A model generated the notes under the pieces. The model saw only the letters and a program-made list of their open reading frames with translations, ran no database searches and was not told where the DNA came from. Shown here piece after piece: positions 37,991 to 45,772 of a DNA stretch of 64,000 nucleotides. The stretch is from an uncultured Rhodospirillaceae bacterium (GTDB lineage: Bacteria; Pseudomonadota; Alphaproteobacteria; UBA8366), in contig CAYPAV010000001.1 of assembly GCA_964408805.1 (NCBI GenBank), positions 408,779-472,778 on the forward strand, in the 5' to 3' direction. The first letter of the stretch is position 1; each line of letters begins with the position of its first letter. The translations under genes were made by a program, and so were the position numbers.

Positions 37991-38569
37991 TCAGGCGTGA
38001 CCCGCCTCTCCCGACAGAAGCGAGATGTCGACCCCGATCTTCGCGATTGCCCGCTCCCATTTCGCGTCGTCGTCGGCATGAAACAGTAGACCCATATCGG
38101 CCGGCACGTGCAGCCATGCATTCTGTTGAATCTCGCCGTCGAGCTGGCCCGGCCCCCAGCCCGCATATCCGAGCGCCAAAAGGACTTCCGCCGGGCCTTT
38201 TTCCTCCGCGATGTCGCGCAATACGTCGATCGTCGCGGTCAGCCCAATCTCGTCGCCGACCATGATCGTGTCGTCCTGACGATAATCGCCCGAATGCAGG
38301 ACGAACCCCCGGCCCGTTTCCACCGGGCCACCGAAATAGACCGGCAGATTGCGCACCACGCCAAGGGTTTCGATCTCGAGCTGTTCCAGGAGATGCGGGA
38401 AGGTGAGGGAATCAGCGACCTTGTTGACGATCAATCCCATCGCCCCTTCCGCGTTGTGCACGCACATATAGATAACCGACCGTTCGAAGCGCGGGTCGCC
38501 CATCGCCGGCATGGCGATCAGCAACTGTCCCGTCAAATAATCGGCGGGCCGACCGTCGAGGGTCATCAC
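37991..38569 (-). CDS. YqgE/AlgH family protein (UPF0301)
   Basis: 192 aa with LLIAMPAMGDPRFERSVIYMCVHNAEGAMGLIVNK and GYAGWGPGQLDGEI blocks. Confidence 0.85.
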   Translation of the reverse strand: MMTLDGRPADYLTGQLLIAMPAMGDPRFERSVIYMCVHNAEGAMGLIVNKVADSLTFPHLLEQLEIETLGVVRNLPVYFGGPVETGRGFVLHSGDYRQDDTIMVGDEIGLTATIDVLRDIAEEKGPAEVLLALGYAGWGPGQLDGEIQQNAWLHVPADMGLLFHADDDAKWERAIAKIGVDISLLSGEAGHA

Positions 38570-38746
38570 CGGTCTCCCTTTGTGCGTGAACGCTCCGAGC
38601 CTTCCAAGTTATGATACCGGCGTTGACGCCGTTTGGATATAGCGGCCCGTCCAGGTCCGCGGCGGCCACGGGATCGTGAGCGAACGTGCGGGGCGGTGTC
38701 GGGCGAAGCTGTTTATAACCTGTCCATCCCAAGCTGGAGTAACGGT

Positions 38747-40870
38747 GTGCGGTTGGCGTTGAAGACCCTGGTTGTTCTTGGTTGCCTGATCGTGGCGGTG
38801 ACGACCGTCGCCCGGCCCGTCTCGGCGACAAGCGGTCCCTGGGCACGGAACGACCTCGCCGCGGTCCGCCTTGTCGCCGCGATCGACGGGGTCGGCGACC
38901 GGGCGACGGTGCCGCTCGGCTTGCACTTCAAGCTGCGGCCCGGTTGGAAGATCTATTGGCGATCGCCCGGCGACGCGGGATATCCGCCGCGCTCGGATTG
39001 GCGGCAATCGACGAATGTCGATTCGGTGACGGTTCACTGGCCGGCGCCAACGCGCTTCAGCATTTTCGATCTGGAAACGCTCGGCTATACGGACGAGGTG
39101 GTCCTTCCGCTGACCGCGAAACTGTCGACGCCTGGCGCGCCGGCGGCGATCGCCGCGTCGGTCGACTACCTGATCTGCAAGGAAGTCTGCGTGCCGCAGA
39201 GCGCGCAACTCAAGCTTCAACTGCCGCAAGGGCCGGCGCGCCTGTCGGCCATGGCTCGTCTGATAAATCGATATTCGGATCGCGTGCCCGATGCCAGCGG
39301 CCGGCACGGTCTCGTCATCGAAAAGGTCGCCCTTGCGACCGCGGGGGACGGTTTCTCGCTTCGGGTCAAGGTCCGCGCGGCCGACCCCTTCGTTGCCCCG
39401 GACCTCTTCGTCGAAGGGCCGGAGGGAAGTTATTTCGGCAGGCCCCGGGTCCGGCTGACCGCCGGCGGTCTGTCGGCCGACCTCACGATCGAGGGCGGCG
39501 GGACGGACCCCGTCGCCGGCGAGTCGGTACCGCTGACATTGACCCTCGTCGATGGCGGCAGGATGGCGGAGAAGGCGGTGCTGGCGAGCTATTCGAGAGG
39601 CGACGAGCACCCGCTACCGGACCAAGATCCGGCGGAGGCCACGTCCTATGCGACGATCCTCCTCTTGGCGCTGCTTGGCGGTCTGATTCTCAACCTCATG
39701 CCCTGCGTGTTGCCCGTACTCTCACTCAAACTGTTGAGCGTGGTTAGTCACGGCGGCGGCGGCGGCGGTTCGGTCCGCGTCGGTTTCATCGCCTCGGCGG
39801 CGGGCATCGTTTTCTCCTTCCTTCTTTTGGCCGGCACGCTCATCGCGGCCCGGGCCGCGGGCGTCTCGGTTGGCTGGGGAATCCAATTCCAGCAACCTAT
39901 TTTCCTCGCGGTCATGACATTGATCGTGACACTCTTTGCCTGGAACCTCCTCGGGTTCTTCGAGATCCGACTGCCAGGACGAATCGCTGATCTTGCGGGC
40001 GGTGGCGGTCCATCGCATTCGCTGGCGGGTCATTTCGCGACCGGTGCTTTCGCGACCTTGTTGGCGACGCCGTGCTCGGCACCCTTTCTCGGCACCGCGA
40101 TCGGCTTCGCGCTCAGCCGCGGGTCCGCCGATATCCTCGCTATTTTCCTTTGTTTGGGGCTGGGCTTGGCATTGCCCTATTTGACGGTGGCGGCGTTTCC
40201 CGCCCTGGCGACAAGACTGCCGCGGCCGGGCGCCTGGATGATCTGGCTTCGTCGACTCCTCGCATTGGCGCTTATTGCCACCGCGATTTGGCTTGTGAGC
40301 GTGATCTGGGTTCAGATTGGGTCGGATGGCGCGATTTCGATCGGCGTCCTCACGGCATTGACGGGCGCGGTCTTGTGGACGGCGCGGTTGCCCGACTCGC
40401 GCCTCGGCCGGCATGCCGGCAAGATCGCGGCCGTGTTGGCGGTCGCGGTAATCGCGCTCGCGGCCAGAGGACCCGATGGCCCGTCGACGGCTCGGGCGGA
40501 TGCCGGCTGGCGGTCCTTCGATCTCGCGGAGATCGACCGTCTGACGGCGAATGGCAAGACGGTGTTCGTCGATGTGACTGCAGATTGGTGTCTGACCTGC
40601 AAGGTCAACAAGCAATTGGTCCTCGAACGGCCGCCGGTCTCCGATTGGCTGGCCCGCGACGACGTCGTGGGCATGCGGGCCGACTGGACCCGGCCGAGCG
40701 ACGCCATCGCGGCCTATCTGGCGAGCTTCGGGCGCTATGGCATCCCCTTCAACGCGATCTATGCGCCGAAGGCGCCGAAAGGGGTGGCTTTGCCGGAACT
40801 CTTGACCAGCGGTGCGACCATGGCCGTCGCAGATCGGCTCCAAAAAGATGGGGCGGTCGCGAAGCGATAG
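38747..40870 (+). CDS. DsbD/ScsB-like thiol:disulfide reductant transporter (N-terminal periplasmic domain + CcdA-like TM core + C-terminal thioredoxin)
   Basis: Start at GTG 38747 (GGAG upstream) giving signal peptide VRLALKTLVVLGCLIVAVTTVARPVSA. DYLICKEVCVPQ in the N-domain, TM-core cysteines LMPCVLPVLSLK and TPCSAPFLG, thioredoxin ADWCLTCK. Confidence 0.85.
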   Translation: MRLALKTLVVLGCLIVAVTTVARPVSATSGPWARNDLAAVRLVAAIDGVGDRATVPLGLHFKLRPGWKIYWRSPGDAGYPPRSDWRQSTNVDSVTVHWPAPTRFSIFDLETLGYTDEVVLPLTAKLSTPGAPAAIAASVDYLICKEVCVPQSAQLKLQLPQGPARLSAMARLINRYSDRVPDASGRHGLVIEKVALATAGDGFSLRVKVRAADPFVAPDLFVEGPEGSYFGRPRVRLTAGGLSADLTIEGGGTDPVAGESVPLTLTLVDGGRMAEKAVLASYSRGDEHPLPDQDPAEATSYATILLLALLGGLILNLMPCVLPVLSLKLLSVVSHGGGGGGSVRVGFIASAAGIVFSFLLLAGTLIAARAAGVSVGWGIQFQQPIFLAVMTLIVTLFAWNLLGFFEIRLPGRIADLAGGGGPSHSLAGHFATGAFATLLATPCSAPFLGTAIGFALSRGSADILAIFLCLGLGLALPYLTVAAFPALATRLPRPGAWMIWLRRLLALALIATAIWLVSVIWVQIGSDGAISIGVLTALTGAVLWTARLPDSRLGRHAGKIAAVLAVAVIALAARGPDGPSTARADAGWRSFDLAEIDRLTANGKTVFVDVTADWCLTCKVNKQLVLERPPVSDWLARDDVVGMRADWTRPSDAIAAYLASFGRYGIPFNAIYAPKAPKGVALPELLTSGATMAVADRLQKDGAVAKR

Positions 40871-40891
40871 AGGGCGATCGGAGGGTATTGT

Positions 40892-40917
40892 TATTCATGC
40901 GAATAGGAATTATTCGC
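40892..40917. promoter_or_regulatory. Overlapping AT-rich palindromes, candidate operator upstream of the peroxiredoxin gene
   Basis: TATTC-ATGC-GAATA (40892-40905) and GCGAATA-GGAAT-TATTCGC (40899-40917) share the central GAATA arm. They lie about 125 nt upstream of the prx ATG in an otherwise GC-rich genome. Confidence 0.3.
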
Positions 40918-41039
40918 TGGACTATGCTTCCGCGGCGCCTAACTCTTCAGGGAAGTGGGCGGCCTCGGAAACGGTGTCGGCCCAACCTAGAAGCGTGATG
41001 GAAAGCAACCAAGATCGGCATGGAAAAGGGGAGACTGGC

Positions 41040-41522
41040 ATGACAATTCAAGTGGGAGACAAAATTCCCTCGGCGACAGTCTACCGGATGGGGGCGGACG
41101 GGCCGGAGGCGGTCGAAACCGAGGCCTATTTCGCGGACCGCAAGGTCGTCATGTTTGGATTGACCGGCGCTTTCACGCCGACCTGTTCGGCGAAGCATCT
41201 GCCGGGATACGTGACCAACGCGGATGCCCCGAAAGCCAAGGGCGTCCAGGAGATCACCTGCATTTCGGTCAACGATGCCTTCGTCATGGGCGCTTGGGGG
41301 AACGACCAGGGTGTCGGCGACAAGGTAACGATGCTGGGCGACGGTGCCGGGGCGCTGACCGAGAAGCTCGGCCTCTCGTTTGACTTGACCGAACGCGGTC
41401 TCGGTGTTCGCTCCGAACGCTATGCGATGGTGGTCGAGGACGGCGTGGTCACGCATCTGGCGCTCGAGGGCGGCGGCGGGTTGGAGCATTCGGGCGCCGA
41501 GGAGATCCTGAAGGCGCTCTGA
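41040..41522 (+). CDS. Peroxiredoxin, Prx5/PrxD subfamily
   Basis: Start at ATG 41040 (GGGGAG upstream), 160 aa, peroxidatic Cys in LTGAFTPTCS. No signal peptide. Confidence 0.9.
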   Translation: MTIQVGDKIPSATVYRMGADGPEAVETEAYFADRKVVMFGLTGAFTPTCSAKHLPGYVTNADAPKAKGVQEITCISVNDAFVMGAWGNDQGVGDKVTMLGDGAGALTEKLGLSFDLTERGLGVRSERYAMVVEDGVVTHLALEGGGGLEHSGAEEILKAL

Positions 41523-41543
41523 TCGGGCACGGACGATCCGCTA

Positions 41544-41996
41544 TCAGTCGACTTCCGGGCGCGAGACCGCGTTTCGCGCCAGTTCATCCGCGCGTTCGTT
41601 TTCGGGATGGCCGGCATGTCCCTTGACCCAGCGCCAATCGACCTCGTGACCTTCCAATGCGGTCTCCAGCGCCTGCCAGAGATCGACATTCTTGACCGGT
41701 TTTTTTCGCGCGGTCTTCCAGCCGTTTCGCTTCCAGTTCTCGATCCAGCCGGTAATGCCGTCCTTCACATAGGTGCTGTCGGTGTGGATGCGAACGCGAA
41801 CCGGGCGCCGCATCGCGCGCAGCCCCTCGATCGCGGCGGTGAGTTCCATGCGATTGTTGGTCGTCTCGGCTTCGCCGCCGGAGAGTTCCCGCTCCACACC
41901 GTTGTAGCGCAGCACCACGCCCCAGCCCCCCGGGCCGGGGTTTCCGCTGCAGGCGCCATCGGTAAAAATGTCAACGATGTTCTCCCCCGGCATCAA
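41544..41996 (-). CDS. rnhA: Ribonuclease HI
   Basis: 150 aa with [29 protein letters not shown] and TDSTYV blocks. The ATG overlaps the thrB stop. Confidence 0.92.
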   Translation of the reverse strand: MMPGENIVDIFTDGACSGNPGPGGWGVVLRYNGVERELSGGEAETTNNRMELTAAIEGLRAMRRPVRVRIHTDSTYVKDGITGWIENWKRNGWKTARKKPVKNVDLWQALETALEGHEVDWRWVKGHAGHPENERADELARNAVSRPEVD

Positions 41997-42955
41997 TCGA
42001 GACCGTAGTCGCCGGCGCTCGCGACACCCTGATGAAACTGCATGATCGAAAGATATTCGAGCGGGTCCTTGGGCTTGACCAGAGCGCCTTCCGGACGATG
42101 GAGCCAGTCGTACAGCCGGGTCAGAAGGAAGCGCATCGCGGCCCCTCGCGCCATGATTGGAAGGGCGTCGATCTCGCTGGCCGAAATCGACCGGTCGCCG
42201 CGATAGGCGGCCAACAGGCGGCGCGCCTTGGTGATGTTGAAGCTGCTATCGCGTTCGAAGCACCAGGCGTTGAGACAGATCGCCAGGTCATAGACGAGAA
42301 AATCGTTGCAGGCGAAATAGAAATCGATCAGGCCGGAGACCGCCTCGCCCATGAAAAATACGTTATCGGGGAAAAGATCGGCGTGGCAGATCCCCACCGG
42401 AAGATCGTCCGGCCAATGTGACTTGAGATAGTCGAGTTCCCGGTCCAGGGCATCGGCCAGCCCCGCTTGCACGGTATCCGCCCGATCCGCGGAGGCTTCG
42501 AAAAGCGGCCGCCAATCCGGTTGGGTGAGGGCGTTGGGACGGTGCATGGGAAACGAATCCCCCGCCAGATGCAATTGCGCGAGGGCACTGCCAAGGCCCG
42601 TGCAATGGTGGGGCTGAATACGCCGCGGCCACATACCCTTCAGGAAGGTGATGATCGCCGCCGGTCGATCGCAGAGGCGACGAAGGGCCTTGCCGTCGCG
42701 GCCATGCAGCGGTGTCGGACAGGGGATACCCTCGGTGGCGAGATGTTCCATCAGATCGAGGAAATAGGGTAGGTCCTTCGGCGCCACGCGCTTTTCATAG
42801 AGCGTCAGAATGTATTGGTCGCGCTCGGTCTGGAGCAGATAGTTGGTATTTTCAACGCCTTCGGCGATCCCCTTGCAGGCAAAGACCTGGCCGATGTCGT
42901 ATTCGGCCACGAAGGCGTCGAGATCCTCGTCGGAGACTTCGGTATATACGGCCAT
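41993..42955 (-). CDS. thrB: Homoserine kinase, type II (kinase-like fold ThrB)
   Basis: 320 aa with [22 protein letters not shown] at the N-terminus, GVENTNYLL, and the catalytic region [13 protein letters not shown]. Confidence 0.88.
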   Translation of the reverse strand: MAVYTEVSDEDLDAFVAEYDIGQVFACKGIAEGVENTNYLLQTERDQYILTLYEKRVAPKDLPYFLDLMEHLATEGIPCPTPLHGRDGKALRRLCDRPAAIITFLKGMWPRRIQPHHCTGLGSALAQLHLAGDSFPMHRPNALTQPDWRPLFEASADRADTVQAGLADALDRELDYLKSHWPDDLPVGICHADLFPDNVFFMGEAVSGLIDFYFACNDFLVYDLAICLNAWCFERDSSFNITKARRLLAAYRGDRSISASEIDALPIMARGAAMRFLLTRLYDWLHRPEGALVKPKDPLEYLSIMQFHQGVASAGDYGLD

Positions 42956-43011
42956 TTCGAGGTCTTCGAGCTCCTGTCCGATTGAAGATCTTCTATCATT
43001 TCGGCGCCGGC

Positions 43012-43040
43012 TTGTCGCGCGGCGGCGCGTTACCTAATAT
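43012..43040 (+). promoter_or_regulatory. Candidate sigma70-type promoter (TTGTCG-17 nt-TAATAT) for the CDGSH/lipoprotein pair
   Basis: TTGTCG at 43012-43017, a 17-nt spacer, then TAATAT at 43035-43040, 65 nt upstream of ATG 43105. A 9-bp inverted repeat (GCGGCGGCG/CGCCGCCGC, 43019-43049) overlaps the spacer and -10. Confidence 0.3.
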
Positions 43041-43104
43041 CGCCGCCGCCCGGAACGGGCGATTGATCGAGATATTACGTCCTGAACCAGGAAGGAAAAA
43101 GCCC

Positions 43105-43344
43105 ATGACGGATCCCGTTGTCGCGCAGAAATCGCCTTACGGCGTTGAAGTCGAGGCCGGCGAGGAATATTGGTGGTGTTCGTGCGGCCAAAGCGAAAAA
43201 CAACCTTTCTGCGATGGCAGCCACAAAGGGACGGATTTCAAGCCGGAGAAATTCGCCGCCGAGGAAAGCAAGACGGTATGGTTCTGTGGATGCAAGAGTA
43301 CCGGGAAGTCGCCGGTCTGCGACGGCACGCATTCGAAACTGTGA
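43105..43344 (+). CDS. CDGSH iron-sulfur domain protein (two CDGSH motifs)
   Basis: 79 aa with CSCGQSEKQPFCDGSH and CGCKSTGKSPVCDGTH. GGAAGGAAAAA lies before the ATG. The long 210-aa ORF upstream extension is not supported. Confidence 0.85.
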   Translation: MTDPVVAQKSPYGVEVEAGEEYWWCSCGQSEKQPFCDGSHKGTDFKPEKFAAEESKTVWFCGCKSTGKSPVCDGTHSKL

Positions 43345-43892
43345 CTCGGGCCTTCGGATGGTGGTGCCCGGCGGTCCTGATCGCGGCGGTACTGCTTGCG
43401 GGCTGCGGCAAGGGCGGCAGCGGTATCTTCGGTCCCGAGCCGGTCACGGGACTGGCCTGCCCGCAGGTCGCGATCCTTGACGGCCCCGACGAGTTGATTC
43501 GTTTCAAGGGCGGCGGGATCGGCACGATTACCAGCGTTCTCTTCCAGGCGGAAATGGAAATCGGCGAAGCGTTTTGCGAATTGGCGCCGGAAAAAGTCGT
43601 GGTGGGCGCCGAGTTGGAGTTGCGGATAGCGCTTGGTCCGGCGGAAACCAAACGCGAGGCGAAACTCGCCTATTTCGTCGCCGTCTTGGATCCCGAGCGT
43701 CGGATTATTCTTCGCGAATATTTCCCGCTGGTGATTAAGTTTGAAAAGAACCTTCGAAGGATCCGATTCTTCGAATCCGTTGGAATCCAGATTAACAAGG
43801 AGAAGTTCGAGGACCCGGCGGCCTACACGCTCTATATCGGCTTCGAGATGACGCCGGCCGAGCTTGAGTTCGCGCGCCGCCGCAAGGGTTGA
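43341..43892 (+). CDS. Hypothetical lipoprotein
   Basis: GTG 43341 overlaps the CDGSH stop (GTGA). Signal peptide plus lipobox VLIAAVLLAGC|GKGG. 183 aa, no family recognised. Confidence 0.6.
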   Translation: MTRAFGWWCPAVLIAAVLLAGCGKGGSGIFGPEPVTGLACPQVAILDGPDELIRFKGGGIGTITSVLFQAEMEIGEAFCELAPEKVVVGAELELRIALGPAETKREAKLAYFVAVLDPERRIILREYFPLVIKFEKNLRRIRFFESVGIQINKEKFEDPAAYTLYIGFEMTPAELEFARRRKG

Positions 43893-43898
43893 GTTCTG

Positions 43899-43926
43899 TT
43901 GACTTTCATACGCTAGCTTGTAGCCT
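43899..43926 (+). promoter_or_regulatory. Candidate promoter for the riboswitch-gcvTHP transcript (TTGACT-16 nt-TAGCCT)
   Basis: TTGACT at 43899-43904, a 16-nt spacer, then TAGCCT at 43921-43926, about 55 nt upstream of the first glycine aptamer. Confidence 0.3.
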
Positions 43927-43982
43927 GGGTTCGTGGGGTGTCGCGCCGATGGCGCATCATTCCAAGACATGTTCGACGATCC

Positions 43983-44156
43983 CCGTGGGAGAGACCCGCG
44001 CCAGTCGCGGGCGCCGAAGGAGCAACCGCCCCGGAATCTCTCAGGCAAAAGGACCGTGGGGAGAGGACACTCTGGAAAGCAGGCGTCTCGCGCGCCTCAC
44101 CGAAGGGGTAAGCCGGCCGGGCCGGTGACACTCTCAGGTTCCACGACAGAGCGGGG
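43983..44156 (+). promoter_or_regulatory. Tandem glycine riboswitch (two aptamers) controlling gcvT-gcvH-gcvP
   Basis: Aptamer 1: GGGAGAG...CGCCGAAGGAGCAA...TCTCTCAGGCAAAAGGACC. Aptamer 2: GGGAGAGG...CACCGAAGGGGTAA...CTCTCAGGTTCCACGACAGAGCGG. Both carry the conserved GGAGAG / CCGAAGG / CTCAGG...GAC cores, and the pair lies immediately 5' of gcvT. Confidence 0.88.
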
Positions 44157-44212
44157 TTTTCCGTCGCCTTCGGGCGGGGGAAGCCCATGAACGCGTTGTC
44201 GAAGGAACTAAA

Positions 44213-45346
44213 ATGGCGGGAACCGCCGAAAAATCCGAAACCGATGGGTCCGTCCAGGCGACGCCCCTTCATGCCCTGCATGTGGAATTGGGTGCCAAGA
44301 TGGTGCCGTTCGCCGGATACGAGATGCCGATCCAATATCCAGCGGGCATCCTCCGGGAACACCTCCACACGCGCGAGGCCGCAGGGCTCTTCGATGTCTC
44401 GCATATGGGCCAAGTCGATCTGATCGGCGACGGCGCCGCCGCGGCGTTGGAGCGGCTGGTCCCGGGCGACATATTGGGTCTTGGCGAGGATCGCACCCGA
44501 TACACCCAATTTACCAACGAGTGCGGCGGCATTCTCGACGATCTCATGGTGACCAAGGCAGGCGACCGGCTGCGGCTGGTCGTCAACGCGGCTTGCAGAG
44601 AGGCCGACATCCGCCATTTGCGGGACGGTCTCGGTGCCGGTATCGAGGTGGCGGAACGCGCCGATCGGGCGCTGGTGGCGCTTCAAGGACCGGCCGCGGC
44701 GGCCGTCCTCGGCCGTCATGGCGCGGCCGCGCTGGCGACCATGCCCTTCATGGGTTTCGTGGAATCTTCGGTCGGTGGGATCGACTGTCTGGTCTGGCGG
44801 TCGGGGTATACCGGCGAGGACGGCTACGAAATATCTGCTGCGGCGGAGGATGCGGAAGCGCTCGCCAGGTTGCTGCTCGCCGAGGCGGAAGTGATGCCCA
44901 TCGGGCTCGGGGCCCGCGATTCGCTGAGGCTTGAGGCCGGACTCTGCCTTCACGGCCACGATATCGACGAGACGACGACGCCGATCGAGGCCGGTCTATT
45001 GTGGTCCATTGGAAAACGGCGGCGCGAGGCCGGCGGGTTTCCGGGTGACGGCGTGATCCAGAGTCAGATTGAGGACGGGGTGGATCGCCGCCGCGTCGGC
45101 ATTCGTCCCGAGGGCCGCGCGCCCGCGCGCGAAGGCACCGAACTTCGCGACGCGGCGGATACGCCGGTCGGCGAAATCACCAGCGGCGGCTTCGGTCCCA
45201 GCGTGGGCGGACCGGTCGCAATGGGTTACGTGACGACGGCGTCGGCGAAGGACGCGACACCGTTGACGGCGATGGTCCGCGGCCGGCCGCTTGCGGCCCG
45301 CGTGGCCCGCCTGCCCTTCGTCGAACAGCGCTACTACCGGGGATAA
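44213..45346 (+). CDS. gcvT: Glycine cleavage system aminomethyltransferase T
   Basis: 377 aa with TPLHALHVELGAKMVPFAGYEMPIQY and FDVSHMGQV blocks. GAAGGA lies before the ATG. Confidence 0.95.
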   Translation: MAGTAEKSETDGSVQATPLHALHVELGAKMVPFAGYEMPIQYPAGILREHLHTREAAGLFDVSHMGQVDLIGDGAAAALERLVPGDILGLGEDRTRYTQFTNECGGILDDLMVTKAGDRLRLVVNAACREADIRHLRDGLGAGIEVAERADRALVALQGPAAAAVLGRHGAAALATMPFMGFVESSVGGIDCLVWRSGYTGEDGYEISAAAEDAEALARLLLAEAEVMPIGLGARDSLRLEAGLCLHGHDIDETTTPIEAGLLWSIGKRRREAGGFPGDGVIQSQIEDGVDRRRVGIRPEGRAPAREGTELRDAADTPVGEITSGGFGPSVGGPVAMGYVTTASAKDATPLTAMVRGRPLAARVARLPFVEQRYYRG

Positions 45347-45364
45347 GGAGAGGGAGACCAAATC

Positions 45365-45739
45365 GTGGCGGATATGCACTTTACCAAGGACCATGAATGG
45401 ATTCGGGTGGCGGACGATATCGGCATCGTCGGCATCACCGAATTCGCCCAGGAGCAGCTCGGCGATATCGTTTTCGTCGAATTGCCGGAAAAAGGCGCGG
45501 TATTCGCCAAGGGCGAACAGGCGGTGGTGATCGAATCGGTGAAGGCGGCCTCGGAAGCCTACGCGCCGGTCGGCGGCGAAATCGTCGAGGTCAACGGCAT
45601 GCTCGAGGATCAACCGGAGACCGTAAATGCCGAAGCGGAAGCGGGCGGCTGGTTCTTCAAGATCAGAATAACCGATCCGAGCGAGCTCGACTCCCTGCTC
45701 GACGAGGCGGCCTACAAGGAATTAACCGCCGACGCATAG
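45365..45739 (+). CDS. gcvH: Glycine cleavage system protein H
   Basis: About 121-124 aa with FTKDHEWI and the lipoyl-lysine block [11 protein letters not shown]. The start is GTG 45365 or ATG 45374. Confidence 0.93.
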   Translation: MADMHFTKDHEWIRVADDIGIVGITEFAQEQLGDIVFVELPEKGAVFAKGEQAVVIESVKAASEAYAPVGGEIVEVNGMLEDQPETVNAEAEAGGWFFKIRITDPSELDSLLDEAAYKELTADA

Positions 45740-45772
45740 AACGCGCCGCTGCGAGCGAAGAGAGGAAGGGCC

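Noticed and set aside
38747-41522. Functional link between the ScsB/DsbD-like transporter and the adjacent peroxiredoxin (as in the Caulobacter ScsB-periplasmic peroxiredoxin pathway)
   Set aside because: The Prx5-type protein here has no signal peptide or lipobox, so it should be cytoplasmic. A 169-nt gap with its own candidate operator separates the genes. Adjacency alone is insufficient.
42712-43104. Upstream 130 codons of the 210-aa ORF containing the CDGSH domain
   Set aside because: Arg/Pro-rich and overlapping the thrB 5' end and the divergent promoter region. ATG 43105 with a purine-rich SD gives a compact 79-aa two-CDGSH protein.
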